Shown: positions 37,307 to 47,453 of the stretch, in pieces | Position numbering within the stretch: the stretch's first letter is position 1 | How the letters are laid out: each line of letters begins with the position of its first letter | DNA from: a virus | DNA: 64,000 bases | Direction: 5' to 3' (one strand) | IMG/VR virus record: IMGVR_UViG_3300008448_011290 | Notes under the pieces: model-generated | The model's database searches: none | What the model was told of the DNA's origin: nothing | What the model saw: only the letters and a program-made list of their open reading frames with translations | Position numbers and translations under genes: made by a program

Positions 37307-37621
37307 ATGGATATACGATCCCTCAAACAGCAATCTGATCACAGTTTTAATCTAGCAGTGGCTAAAAAGAATGCTCTAGAACGAGCAAAAAGTCGACAAC
37401 TGTTTGCTTATAAAGATCATCTATTTCGTGCTGATGCTGATACCATAAATCTTGTGCATGCCTTGAAGCAGAACAATAGGAAGTTTTTTCTTCTAGATGC
37501 TAACGACAATCCTTGTGAAATTGCTAATCCAGAAGAATTCTTACAGTTGTTAATAGAACGTAATCAAGAGACTCTTAATCAATATCATCAATTGCAAGAG
37601 CAATTAAAGAGCAAGGAGTAA
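37307..37621 (+). CDS. Hypothetical protein (possibly fibre-assembly related)
   Basis: 104-aa ORF, first gene behind the promoter; no recognisable catalytic motif. Confidence 0.55.
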   Translation: MDIRSLKQQSDHSFNLAVAKKNALERAKSRQLFAYKDHLFRADADTINLVHALKQNNRKFFLLDANDNPCEIANPEEFLQLLIERNQETLNQYHQLQEQLKSKE

Positions 37622-37622
37622 T

Positions 37623-38381
37623 ATGTCCACAGGAGCATTAATCTATTGTTTTAACTCTGAACAAGTACAGTATCATAGAACGACTAATTTTTGTATCGAA
37701 TTAATAAAAAAGAATCTATCGTTACCTGTGACTGTAGTCACTAACAATGCAACCAAAGAACATATTAAAGGTACAGATTCGTTAGTCGTAATAGATAATC
37801 AAAAGAACAATCAACGTTTTTATAAAGATAGAACGATACCTTGGTACAATCTTGAGAGATCTCATTCTTATGATTATTCACCCTATGATACTACTGCACT
37901 GTTAGATTCTGATTATTTTGTTTATACTAAGAACTTATTAGAAACAATCAACAGCAGTTACGAATTTCTTCTGCATGACCGAGTGCATGATTTAACTGGT
38001 CGAGGCAGTTTTGAATACAATAATAGAAGTATGATACCGTTGGTATGGGCCACAGTAACCGTTTTTAAAAAAACACAGAGAGTAAAAAAAATATTTGATA
38101 TGATCAAACACATACAACAAAATTATAGGTATTTCTGTAAACTATACAGAATAGATTTTGCTAATTTTAGGAATGATTATGCTTTTGCCATGGCATTAAA
38201 TCAGCTGGATGGATTCAATCAACAGTATTTCATGCCCACTGCTATGAGCATGATACCCACAGATACCAAAGTTTTAAAAATAGATCACACAGGCATTATA
38301 TTTCAATACGATAAATTTGTTAATCTAGTCACAGAACAGGATGTGCATGTGTTAGACAAGGAGATTCCGATTAATGTCTAA
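37623..38381 (+). CDS. Nucleotide-diphospho-sugar transferase-like (GT-A) protein
   Basis: G(A)LIYCFN...SPYDTTALLDSDY...WATVTVF...RNDYAFAMA. Confidence 0.65.
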   Translation: MSTGALIYCFNSEQVQYHRTTNFCIELIKKNLSLPVTVVTNNATKEHIKGTDSLVVIDNQKNNQRFYKDRTIPWYNLERSHSYDYSPYDTTALLDSDYFVYTKNLLETINSSYEFLLHDRVHDLTGRGSFEYNNRSMIPLVWATVTVFKKTQRVKKIFDMIKHIQQNYRYFCKLYRIDFANFRNDYAFAMALNQLDGFNQQYFMPTAMSMIPTDTKVLKIDHTGIIFQYDKFVNLVTEQDVHVLDKEIPINV

Positions 38382-39171
38382 AGGTTTTCTATGGTTTGCA
38401 CAGAACAATGCTACCACTGATTATGCTAAAATTAGTGTGGAGTTAGCTAAATCTATTAAACTCATTAATAGAGATAATAATATTTGTGTAATAGTAGATA
38501 AGAATACTGCTTTGAACAGTGAATATATAGATCAAGTTGTTGTATTAAAAGATGATGCCAGTGCAAACGCTGAAACTAAATTTGCCAATGAGCACAAGGC
38601 TTTTCGATTATCTCCATTTACTCACACTATAAAACTTGAAGCAGACATGTTGTTCACTGCCAATACTGACTGGTGGTGGCATCATCTATGTCAGCACGAT
38701 CTTGTGTTTGCAGTCAATTGTAGAAATTATAAAGATAAGATAGTTAAAAATACACCTTATAGAAGACTATTTCAATTGAATCATCTGCCTGATATCTACA
38801 ACGGATTAACATATTTTAGACGCAGTCAACGAGCTATGAAATTTTTTGATATTTGCCAATCAATCACAGAAAATTGGACTGCTGTACGAGAACAATTATT
38901 AATAAATTGTCATGATCTATACCCCACCACCGACGTAGTCTATGCTCTAGCATATAGAATAATGGATCCTTTTAATCACAATTTAATAGATTATCCATGG
39001 TTTAAATTTATACATGGAAAATCTTCTGTGAATGAGATAACTGTAGCTGCTGATCAGTACAACTATCTTTATCCCGTAAAGTTAGCAGACAGAATCTATC
39101 TTGGAGGTAAGAGATTGGACAGAATTTGGCATTATCATGACAAAAAACTAATGGACACTATAAATGGATGA
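38374..39171 (+). CDS. Nucleotide-diphospho-sugar transferase-like (GT-A) protein, paralog of 37623
   Basis: GFLWFAQN...SPFTHTIKLEADM...IYNGLTYF...TDVVYALA...FIHGK. Confidence 0.65.
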   Translation: MSKGFLWFAQNNATTDYAKISVELAKSIKLINRDNNICVIVDKNTALNSEYIDQVVVLKDDASANAETKFANEHKAFRLSPFTHTIKLEADMLFTANTDWWWHHLCQHDLVFAVNCRNYKDKIVKNTPYRRLFQLNHLPDIYNGLTYFRRSQRAMKFFDICQSITENWTAVREQLLINCHDLYPTTDVVYALAYRIMDPFNHNLIDYPWFKFIHGKSSVNEITVAADQYNYLYPVKLADRIYLGGKRLDRIWHYHDKKLMDTING

Positions 39172-39502
39172 AATATTCAAAGCATTAAATAGTTTTAAAT
39201 CAACATCTGTTAATGATAACTTTTATATCGAAGTTAGAAACAAAGAAATAATAACTCTATGCAGAGAACCAAACGATAATACTGTTAAAATTTCACAACA
39301 GGACTATAAATTTCTATTAGACAAAGGTATAGAACGTTTCGTATACGATCATGGAATCGTAAAAAAACCTAAAAAGAAAACACAAAGAGTTTTTGAAACC
39401 TTAAAAAAAGATATGCAAGGATACAATTTACAAGACAATGATCCTTATTGGCCTATAGAGATAGTGAAAGGAGGTTATACATGGCAAACACCGTGCGAGT
39501 AA
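39164..39502 (+). CDS. Hypothetical protein
   Basis: 112-aa ORF overlapping both neighbours. Confidence 0.55.
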   Translation: MDEIFKALNSFKSTSVNDNFYIEVRNKEIITLCREPNDNTVKISQQDYKFLLDKGIERFVYDHGIVKKPKKKTQRVFETLKKDMQGYNLQDNDPYWPIEIVKGGYTWQTPCE

Positions 39503-40377
39503 CTGATTTAGATTTTGTTTTTATTAGCTACAGAGAGCCCAATGCTGATGAAAATTATGCTGATCTATTGAACATAGTGCCATGGGCAAAAAGAATACAC
39601 GGAGTTAAGGGATTTGATAATGCTCATAAGGCTGCTGCTGAACTAGCAGAGACAGATTTCTTTATCAGTATTGATGGAGACAATAGAATAGATCCTTTAT
39701 TCCTATTACAAACTCTAGACTGGACTAAAACTAATCCTGCTGCTGTGCATCGTTGGAGAGCAAGAAACATTATTAATGGATTAGTGTATGGCAATGGAGG
39801 TATTGTGGGATGGCCTCGCAAAACCTGTTTGAACATGCGTACTCACGAAAATGCTGTGGATGAACGAGCCAAAATAGATTTTTGTTGGACTGTGCCACAT
39901 GAGAATTTGCACAATGTATATTCTACAACACACATTAACCATACTCCTGAACAGGCTTTTATTGCAGGATGGAGAGAAGGTGTAAAAATGAGTCTCAACA
40001 ATGGACAGAAAGTGGATCCCGGCCTGTTCATGCAAACAATTCCTCAAAACAATCTAAGAAATTTAGTCACATGGATGAGTGTGGGTGCTGATGTGGACAA
40101 CGGACGATGGGCTATGTTGGGTGCTAGATGTGGCTGTTATATGGCCACAATAGATTCAAACTATGATGTTACACTGGTTAGAGATTTAGAATTCATGAGC
40201 GACAAATTTTCCCGCATGATGTATGATATAGAATCTGATATTATAGCTCATGGCAACTCTTTACGACAGAGATTGGGATTGCCTGTGGCAGATTTTGATG
40301 CAGAACAGAGTCGATTCTATAAGTTTTGTCAACAACCTTACAGAAACAAAGGAGTACAAGATCGTGAAAGCAAGTGA
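39481..40377 (+). CDS. Glycosyltransferase-like protein (GT-A/GT2-like)
   Basis: DFVFISYREPNADENY...HGVKGFDNAHKAAA...FISIDGDN...YGNGG; start at ATG 39481 after GGAGG. Confidence 0.65.
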   Translation: MANTVRVTDLDFVFISYREPNADENYADLLNIVPWAKRIHGVKGFDNAHKAAAELAETDFFISIDGDNRIDPLFLLQTLDWTKTNPAAVHRWRARNIINGLVYGNGGIVGWPRKTCLNMRTHENAVDERAKIDFCWTVPHENLHNVYSTTHINHTPEQAFIAGWREGVKMSLNNGQKVDPGLFMQTIPQNNLRNLVTWMSVGADVDNGRWAMLGARCGCYMATIDSNYDVTLVRDLEFMSDKFSRMMYDIESDIIAHGNSLRQRLGLPVADFDAEQSRFYKFCQQPYRNKGVQDRESK

Positions 40378-41746
40378 TTACAAACACAATGCTGATCAAG
40401 CACAGAAAAAATTAAACACAGTTAGCCCAAGTTTCTGTCTTGCGAAATGGAATCAGGTATCATTGCACCTGCCTACAGGATTAACCAACTCTTGTTATCA
40501 TCCTCCACTGCATGAAATAGATGCAGGAGCATTGGCTCAAAATCCTGCTGCTCTGCACAACACTGCACAGAAGATTGTAGAGAGACGACAGATGATTGCG
40601 GGAGAACGACCCGAAGGATGCTCCTATTGTTGGAAACTCGAAGACGCTGGAGAGATGAGTGATCGCCACTATCGTAGTGGAGAACCATGGGCCATGCAGG
40701 ATTTTGACAAGATAACGCAAGATCCTCTCAATGTTCAGCACACACCTTCGTATGTGGAAGTGAATTTTAACAATGCTTGCAATCTAAAATGCAGCTATTG
40801 TTCACCACAATTCAGCACCACGTGGGGCAAAGAGATAGATATCTATGGAGAATATCCTACCCATCCAGCACACAATGCACCCGAACACTTCATGGGTCGT
40901 AGAAAACCCATACCCAACAGAGAAAACAATCCCTATGTGGAAGCATTTTGGCGATGGTGGCCCGAATTGTATAAGAATTTAAAACATTTTCGCATGACTG
41001 GTGGAGAACCCATGATGGATAACAACACTTATCGAGTGTTTGATTATATTATATCACATCCAAAACCTGATCTACATTTGAATGTTACATCTAATATGTG
41101 TCCACCCACAGACAAATTAAAGAATCAGTATTTTGATGCTGTCAAAAGAATGTGTTTAGATGAGAGCATCGAGCATTTCATGCAATTTGTATCTGTGGAT
41201 GCTCATGGACCTCGTGCTGAATATATCCGACATGGTATGAATTACAATCGTTTAATGGATAATGTGGATGAATTTTTAACTCGCATACCTGGACGCAACA
41301 GTGTGAGCTTTATTATAACCTATAATAATCTCAGTGTAACATCACTGGATCGATTATTAGTGGATATTCGTCAATTGAGACAGAAACATTCTTCTACCTA
41401 TCAGCGAGTGTGGTTCGACATACCTCTACTGCGTCAGCCAGCATGGCAGCAGATCACTCTGCTTCCGGAAAGTTATCAAAGTATACACGAGAAAAACATA
41501 GAGTATATGAAACAGTACCAAGAGAACACTGATTCAGACAAGAAAGATTATGCTGTGTTTAAGGACTTTGAGATTCAAAAAATGCTGCGCAATCTTGCTT
41601 ACTGGCGCAAACACACAGAAACAAATAATACGCAAAAAAAGAATTTTTACGCATTTTTTGCAGAACATGATCGCAGGAGAGGTACGAGCTTTGAAAGAAC
41701 ATTTCCTGAGATGCAGGAATTTTGGCAGGAGTGTAAGAGTTTATGA
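40364..41746 (+). CDS. Radical SAM protein with N-terminal twitch-like domain
   Basis: FCLAKW...SCYHPP...CSYCW, then NACNLKCSYC and TGGEP; GTG start at 40364 with AAGGAG upstream. Confidence 0.85.
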   Translation: MKASDYKHNADQAQKKLNTVSPSFCLAKWNQVSLHLPTGLTNSCYHPPLHEIDAGALAQNPAALHNTAQKIVERRQMIAGERPEGCSYCWKLEDAGEMSDRHYRSGEPWAMQDFDKITQDPLNVQHTPSYVEVNFNNACNLKCSYCSPQFSTTWGKEIDIYGEYPTHPAHNAPEHFMGRRKPIPNRENNPYVEAFWRWWPELYKNLKHFRMTGGEPMMDNNTYRVFDYIISHPKPDLHLNVTSNMCPPTDKLKNQYFDAVKRMCLDESIEHFMQFVSVDAHGPRAEYIRHGMNYNRLMDNVDEFLTRIPGRNSVSFIITYNNLSVTSLDRLLVDIRQLRQKHSSTYQRVWFDIPLLRQPAWQQITLLPESYQSIHEKNIEYMKQYQENTDSDKKDYAVFKDFEIQKMLRNLAYWRKHTETNNTQKKNFYAFFAEHDRRRGTSFERTFPEMQEFWQECKSL

Positions 41747-42393
41747 AAACAATAGGATTCTTTGGAGATAGTTTCTGTGCCGGCAGAGAACCCGAGAGCT
41801 GGTGTGTATTATTAGCCAATCAATTAAATGCTCGAATAGTGCATTGGGGAGAACCTGGACGAAGTATATGGACTACTTTCTTTAAATTTAATCAATTGAA
41901 CAAAACAAATAGATTACCTGATATCTGTGTTTTGTGTTATACAGAACCTTATAGATTGTATCATCCATCTTTAATACTTTCTGCTAATACTGCTCCTATG
42001 AAAGGAGTAGATCCTAAAATTTATGAAGCTCTAGAACAATATTTTATACATTTACACAGCTATGACAAAGATGAATTGTGTTATGAATATGCTCTAAAAT
42101 GGTTTGATCATGATGTTCTATCTAAAATAAAGAATAAAACAATTGTACAAACGTGGAGTTTTCGACCATTTGAACAATCAAAAAAAGATGCTGGTATAAA
42201 ATTAAACAGTGGAATATTCGTTGATGAGAGCATGTATGCTCTATCATTGAATCATGAATTAAATTTTTTACCTGGCAGAGGTGCTACCATGCCATGGGGC
42301 AAAGGCATAATCAACCATATGAGTGCTGAACAAAATAAACTTTGGGCTGATAAAGTTTATACAGCAATTAAAAACAATGAATCCAGATCTTGA
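41743..42393 (+). CDS. SGNH/GDSL-like protein
   Basis: FFGDSF block I, G..G.S block II, C-terminal NHMS. Confidence 0.55.
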   Translation: MKTIGFFGDSFCAGREPESWCVLLANQLNARIVHWGEPGRSIWTTFFKFNQLNKTNRLPDICVLCYTEPYRLYHPSLILSANTAPMKGVDPKIYEALEQYFIHLHSYDKDELCYEYALKWFDHDVLSKIKNKTIVQTWSFRPFEQSKKDAGIKLNSGIFVDESMYALSLNHELNFLPGRGATMPWGKGIINHMSAEQNKLWADKVYTAIKNNESRS

Positions 42394-43726
42394 ATATCGT
42401 AAACAAATATTAGATTCTCTATCTCCCAGTTTCTGTGGAGCCAAATGGTACAATGCTACCATATGGTTGGGATCTGGCATGACTACCAGTTGTCATCATC
42501 CACCTGCACATCGAGTGGATGTAGAAAAATTAAAAGATAATCCTCGATTATTGCACAACACTCCTCAAAAGAAACAGGATCGTGCTAAAATGATTGCTGG
42601 TGAAAGACCTGCAGGTTGTGAATATTGCTGGAAAATAGAAGACATGGGCAGAGATGCTGTGAGTGATAGAGTATATAAAAGTAAAATTTATCCAGATGCA
42701 GAATTAGAAAGAGCATTCAATACTCCTATCACAGAAGACATTAATCTCAAAACTCTAGAGATTGCTTTTGATAGAACATGTAATTTTGCTTGTTCTTATT
42801 GTAATCCTGCATTTAGTACCACATGGGTAAGAGATATAAAACAAAATGGTCCTTATAAAGATTTAATATCAGATGGTAGAAATCATTTTACTCATCCTCA
42901 TGATGGTGCACAATTGTACAAAGACACAGAAGAAAATCCCTATGTGGAAGCATTCTTTCGATGGTGGGAGACAGATTTACACAAAACTCTAGATGAATTA
43001 AGAATCACAGGCGGAGAGCCCATGATGAGTCCTTCTTTGTGGAGATTATTAGATTGGTTTGAAACACAGGGAGAACGAATTAATCCCAATATGAGATTGG
43101 CCATTAACTCTAACTTAGTACCCAAGGCAGAATTATTTGAAAAATTTGTAGATAAATGTAAAAAAATAAAAAATTTACATATCTATACTTCCAATGAATC
43201 AACGTATGCTCATTCAGATTATATTAGAGATGGAATGAATTATACTAATTGGTATGTAAATTTTGTTAATGTAATTAATCAAATAAGACCTGCAGGACTG
43301 CACAACATGTGTACAGTAAATGCTCTGTGTCTAGAATCATTACCTCAGTTTTTAGATGTTATTATAAGAAATAAATTAGATGCTAAAAGAGTTTATGGAG
43401 TAGATGTAAACTTTACTTTAAACATACTGAGATTTCCTAGTTTTCAATCGCCTTTAGTATTGCCAGATTATCTAAGAACAGAATTCAAAGACAATTTATC
43501 ACAATGGCTAGACACAAATATAGCTCATTGCGAGTTTATGGAAGTATCTCATGTGCAAAGATTAATAGATTATCTAGATGTGGTTAAAACACCTCATTCT
43601 GAAGCATTTGATTTACCAAGACTAAGGTCTGATTTCAAAAATTTCTATAAACAATACGATGTAAGAAGAGGCAAAGATTTTGCAAAAACATTCACAAGAA
43701 TAGGAGAGTGGTACCGTGGCTTATGA
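42377..43726 (+). CDS. Radical SAM protein with N-terminal twitch-like domain
   Basis: FCGAKW...SCHHPP...CEYCW, then TCNFACSYC and TGGEP; likely start MNPDLEY at 42377. Confidence 0.85.
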   Translation: MNPDLEYRKQILDSLSPSFCGAKWYNATIWLGSGMTTSCHHPPAHRVDVEKLKDNPRLLHNTPQKKQDRAKMIAGERPAGCEYCWKIEDMGRDAVSDRVYKSKIYPDAELERAFNTPITEDINLKTLEIAFDRTCNFACSYCNPAFSTTWVRDIKQNGPYKDLISDGRNHFTHPHDGAQLYKDTEENPYVEAFFRWWETDLHKTLDELRITGGEPMMSPSLWRLLDWFETQGERINPNMRLAINSNLVPKAELFEKFVDKCKKIKNLHIYTSNESTYAHSDYIRDGMNYTNWYVNFVNVINQIRPAGLHNMCTVNALCLESLPQFLDVIIRNKLDAKRVYGVDVNFTLNILRFPSFQSPLVLPDYLRTEFKDNLSQWLDTNIAHCEFMEVSHVQRLIDYLDVVKTPHSEAFDLPRLRSDFKNFYKQYDVRRGKDFAKTFTRIGEWYRGL

Positions 43727-45008
43727 GTATGGGGCTAAAGAGCCTGAAAAATTAAAAATTAAGGACATGACTGAACGTCAGAAAGAGTTATTGTTAGATA
43801 GTAAAACTTTCTGTATGCTGCCTTGGATGCATATACATTCGTATCCGGATGGTCGAGCCTATCCTTGTTGTTTTGCATTAGATTCTTATCCTATTGGTGA
43901 TTTGAATAAGAGTTCTATGGAAGAAGTATTCAACGGAGAAGCAATGAAAGAGATGAGAACGAACATGTTAGAGAATAAAACTTCTAAGCAATGTGCAAAA
44001 TGTTATGATCAAGAAAAAGCCGGTTTCTTCAGTATGAGATTGAGTTCAAATAAACATTTTGGACACAATATAGGATTAACAGATGCTACACAGCCAGACG
44101 GTACTGCTGATTTTATAATCAAATATTGGGATATAAGATTTAGTAATCTTTGTAATTTTGCTTGTAGAAGTTGTGGCACGTGGTTTAGTTCTAATTGGTA
44201 CGAGGATCATAAAAAACTCACAGGAGCTCCTCCCCCACATGCAAAAATTATGCGAGTAGGCAGATCAGAGAATGATATATGGGAACAGTTATTGCCACAA
44301 ATAGATCATATGGAACAGATTTATTTTGCTGGAGGAGAACCCCTGATCATGGAAGAACATTATAGAATTTTAAAAGAATTAGATCGTAGAAAGTTATATC
44401 ACGTGAGATTAACTTACAATACAAATTTTAGTAAATTAACTTTTAAAGATATGGATGTCTTAGAATTATGGAACAAATTTCACACAGTATCAATAGGTGC
44501 TAGTTTAGATGCTGAAGGGGAAAGAGCCGAAGTTATAAGAAAAGGCACAGTATGGAAGGATATTGTAGAAAATAGAAAAAGAATGATAGAAGTTTGTCCA
44601 AAGGTAGATTTCTATATCAGTGCTACAGTTAGCATGATCAATGCATTACATATTCCAGACTTTCATAGAAGTTGGGTTGAACAAGGTCTTATTAAACCTC
44701 AAGATTTTAATTTTAATCTATTACAAATGCCAAAATGGCAAAGAATGGATAATTTACCCAAGGAATATAAAGAACGTATTGAAAAGAAATATCTTGCACA
44801 TATAGAATGGTTAAAAGACAAAGATCATTTAACTAGAGCAACCAAAGGTTTTGAGAGTGCATTAAAATGGATGAACATGACCGACAATACAAAAAATTTA
44901 CCTATGTTTTTTGAATTATCAAAAAAATATGATAATATCAGAGGAGAAAGTTTAGTAAAAACATTTCCAGAGCTGACAGAATTATTCGAAAAATATGAAA
45001 AAAATTAA
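43716..45008 (+). CDS. Radical SAM protein with N-terminal twitch-like domain
   Basis: FCMLPW...YPCC...CAKCY, then NLCNFACRSC, AGGEP and YNTN. Confidence 0.9.
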   Translation: MAYEYGAKEPEKLKIKDMTERQKELLLDSKTFCMLPWMHIHSYPDGRAYPCCFALDSYPIGDLNKSSMEEVFNGEAMKEMRTNMLENKTSKQCAKCYDQEKAGFFSMRLSSNKHFGHNIGLTDATQPDGTADFIIKYWDIRFSNLCNFACRSCGTWFSSNWYEDHKKLTGAPPPHAKIMRVGRSENDIWEQLLPQIDHMEQIYFAGGEPLIMEEHYRILKELDRRKLYHVRLTYNTNFSKLTFKDMDVLELWNKFHTVSIGASLDAEGERAEVIRKGTVWKDIVENRKRMIEVCPKVDFYISATVSMINALHIPDFHRSWVEQGLIKPQDFNFNLLQMPKWQRMDNLPKEYKERIEKKYLAHIEWLKDKDHLTRATKGFESALKWMNMTDNTKNLPMFFELSKKYDNIRGESLVKTFPELTELFEKYEKN

Positions 45009-46299
45009 ACCTACAGAAGGTAACCGAACGTTTTGTATGGCGCCTTGGACACATACCTATCTCTCTCCGCAAACAGAGAGAAGAATGTGTTGTGCTTCTA
45101 GAGAACCAGCTCAAAGTTTTCGTCAATACATCGACAGAGAAGGTGATTTAAAAGAATATAATCCTGAAACACTGGAACAGCATTGGAACAACGAGCATAT
45201 GCGTAGTGTGCGAAAAAGAATGATGGCAGGAGAAACTCTGCCAGAATGTCAGGTATGCAATGATAAACTACTCAATACTGATGTTTATAGAGATTACTTT
45301 AATAATCTTTTCCGTCACAAGATAGATGATGCTTTTGAAAAGACCGATAATACAGGTTATACAGAGATGAAGACTGTGAGTTTTGATTATCGTTTCAATA
45401 ATCTTTGTAATTTTAAATGCCGTCAATGCGGAGATATGCTAAGTTCTAGTTGGGAATCAGAACAAAGAAACTATGATATGTGGTCACCAGAACGTCAACC
45501 TTGGATGGCATCTCCACTAAGACAACAAATTTCTTTCTTTCAAGACAGCACAGTAGTCATGGAATTTATGAATGCCATAGAAGAAAAACGTATGGAAGAG
45601 ATTTATTGGGTAGGCGGAGAACCTTTAATGTGGGATATACACTGGAACGCTATGGCTAGAATCATTGATTTAAAATTCAGCGATAAAGTTTATGTAAGAT
45701 ACAATACCAATTTAAGTCGTACAGAATTTAAAGGTAAAAAACTCTTTGAATTATTAAGACAATTCCGCGATTGGCAAGTGTGTGCTTCTATTGATGGTAC
45801 AGGAGAGATTGGAGAGTACATTAGAACAGGATTAAACTACAAAAAATTTATAGAAAATTTTAAAGAAGGATTAGCTGTAGCTCGTAACAAAAGACAGATG
45901 CAATTAGACTTTACAATTACAATGCCTGGCCTACAAGAAATTCCTAATATGTTTGATCTATCTCAACAATTAAATGCTAAACTTTTAACCAAAGTTACAT
46001 TTGCATTTGATTCTCAGCAGATAATGAGTCCAATGTGTCTGCCAAAAACTTTATTAAATGAAATTATAGATGAAAATCTAGCTTATATTCGACCTAGAGC
46101 AACTCCTCTACAACAAAGTTTAATAGATGTATTGGAGAATATGAAAACTCGTCCTACATTTTGGGAAGAATACCCCAAAGCAGAAATAGGTATTCGCAGC
46201 GGCAAAACAAGATGTGAACGAATTGATGCTATTCGAAGCACAGATATTAAAAAAATATTAACGGATAAAAGATTATTAGAATGGTGGAAAAATATATAA
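44995..46299 (+). CDS. Radical SAM protein with N-terminal twitch-like domain
   Basis: FCMAPW...MCC...CQVC, then NLCNFKCRQC, VGGEP and YNTN. Confidence 0.9.
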   Translation: MKKIKPTEGNRTFCMAPWTHTYLSPQTERRMCCASREPAQSFRQYIDREGDLKEYNPETLEQHWNNEHMRSVRKRMMAGETLPECQVCNDKLLNTDVYRDYFNNLFRHKIDDAFEKTDNTGYTEMKTVSFDYRFNNLCNFKCRQCGDMLSSSWESEQRNYDMWSPERQPWMASPLRQQISFFQDSTVVMEFMNAIEEKRMEEIYWVGGEPLMWDIHWNAMARIIDLKFSDKVYVRYNTNLSRTEFKGKKLFELLRQFRDWQVCASIDGTGEIGEYIRTGLNYKKFIENFKEGLAVARNKRQMQLDFTITMPGLQEIPNMFDLSQQLNAKLLTKVTFAFDSQQIMSPMCLPKTLLNEIIDENLAYIRPRATPLQQSLIDVLENMKTRPTFWEEYPKAEIGIRSGKTRCERIDAIRSTDIKKILTDKRLLEWWKNI

Positions 46300-47453
46300 A
46301 ATCTAATATGTGTGTGCTGCCATGGACACATCTAGAAGTAGATGTTAATGGTTCCGCATCGCCTTGCTGTCTTTATAAAGGAGAAATAGGAGATTATAAA
46401 GTTTATCGAGATAATCTTGATACTATACAGAATTCAGAATATATGAATGATTTAAGAGCTCAATTCCGCCGAGGTGAACGTCCTGCAGGTTGCAGTAATT
46501 GTTGGCAGGAGGAAGACGCTGGCAAAATCAGTAAAAGAATGAATTCTATCTATAAAATGAAAAATAGTTTACAAAATTGGACACCAGAAACAACGCCCAC
46601 TTTAAAATTTATTGATTTTAAACTAGGCAATGTGTGTAATTTAAAATGTCGTATATGCGGCAGTTGGAGCAGTTCAAAATGGGCTCAGGAAGAGATTGCC
46701 TATGGTCCAAATCCTCTAGCAAAGAAACAATTAGATGAAGGACAATGGCCCAAACGAAATCCTGCTTTCTTTGAAGATATTAAACCTGTATTAAAAGATG
46801 TAGAATATTTTGAGTTTACAGGTGGTGAGCCTTTTATGATAGAAAATCATTTTAAAATATTAGAACACTGTGTGGAACAAGGTTATGCTCGCAATCAAGA
46901 TATACATTATAATACCAATGGCACACAATTGCCTGATCGAAGAGTGTTTTGGTTATGGAGCCAATTTAAACATGTAGAAATTGCATTCAGTATTGACGAC
47001 ACAGGAGCAGCGTTTGAATATCAACGTCATCCTGCTAAGTGGGAACAAGTCAAAGAGAATTTAAAAGAATTTAATATAAGATCCACACTTACAGGCAATA
47101 CTGATTTTCAAATCTGTTCCACAATTAATATCTTTAATATATTAAATTTAGACACTTTAGTCGAATGGGTTAAAGAATTTAATCCTAAATTCCTATATAT
47201 TAATACTCTATTTGATCCTGAATATTTTAATGTACAAACACTACCTATAGAACTAAAAAAGATAGTAACAGAAAAATATAAAAATATAAAAGAATTAGAT
47301 ACTATAATCGGTTATATGAATAGTGCAGATCGATATTCTGATACTATACACGAACAAAGAAAGAAAAGAATACTGCAAGCAGATCGATACAGAGAAGAAA
47401 ATTTTGCTGAGGTTTTTCCAGAGTTAAATAATTTTTTAAAGATATATGAGTAA
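46281..47453 (+). CDS. Radical SAM protein with N-terminal twitch-like domain
   Basis: MCVLPW...PCC...CSNCW, then NVCNLKCRIC, TGGEP and YNTNG. Confidence 0.9.
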   Translation: MVEKYIKSNMCVLPWTHLEVDVNGSASPCCLYKGEIGDYKVYRDNLDTIQNSEYMNDLRAQFRRGERPAGCSNCWQEEDAGKISKRMNSIYKMKNSLQNWTPETTPTLKFIDFKLGNVCNLKCRICGSWSSSKWAQEEIAYGPNPLAKKQLDEGQWPKRNPAFFEDIKPVLKDVEYFEFTGGEPFMIENHFKILEHCVEQGYARNQDIHYNTNGTQLPDRRVFWLWSQFKHVEIAFSIDDTGAAFEYQRHPAKWEQVKENLKEFNIRSTLTGNTDFQICSTINIFNILNLDTLVEWVKEFNPKFLYINTLFDPEYFNVQTLPIELKKIVTEKYKNIKELDTIIGYMNSADRYSDTIHEQRKKRILQADRYREENFAEVFPELNNFLKIYE

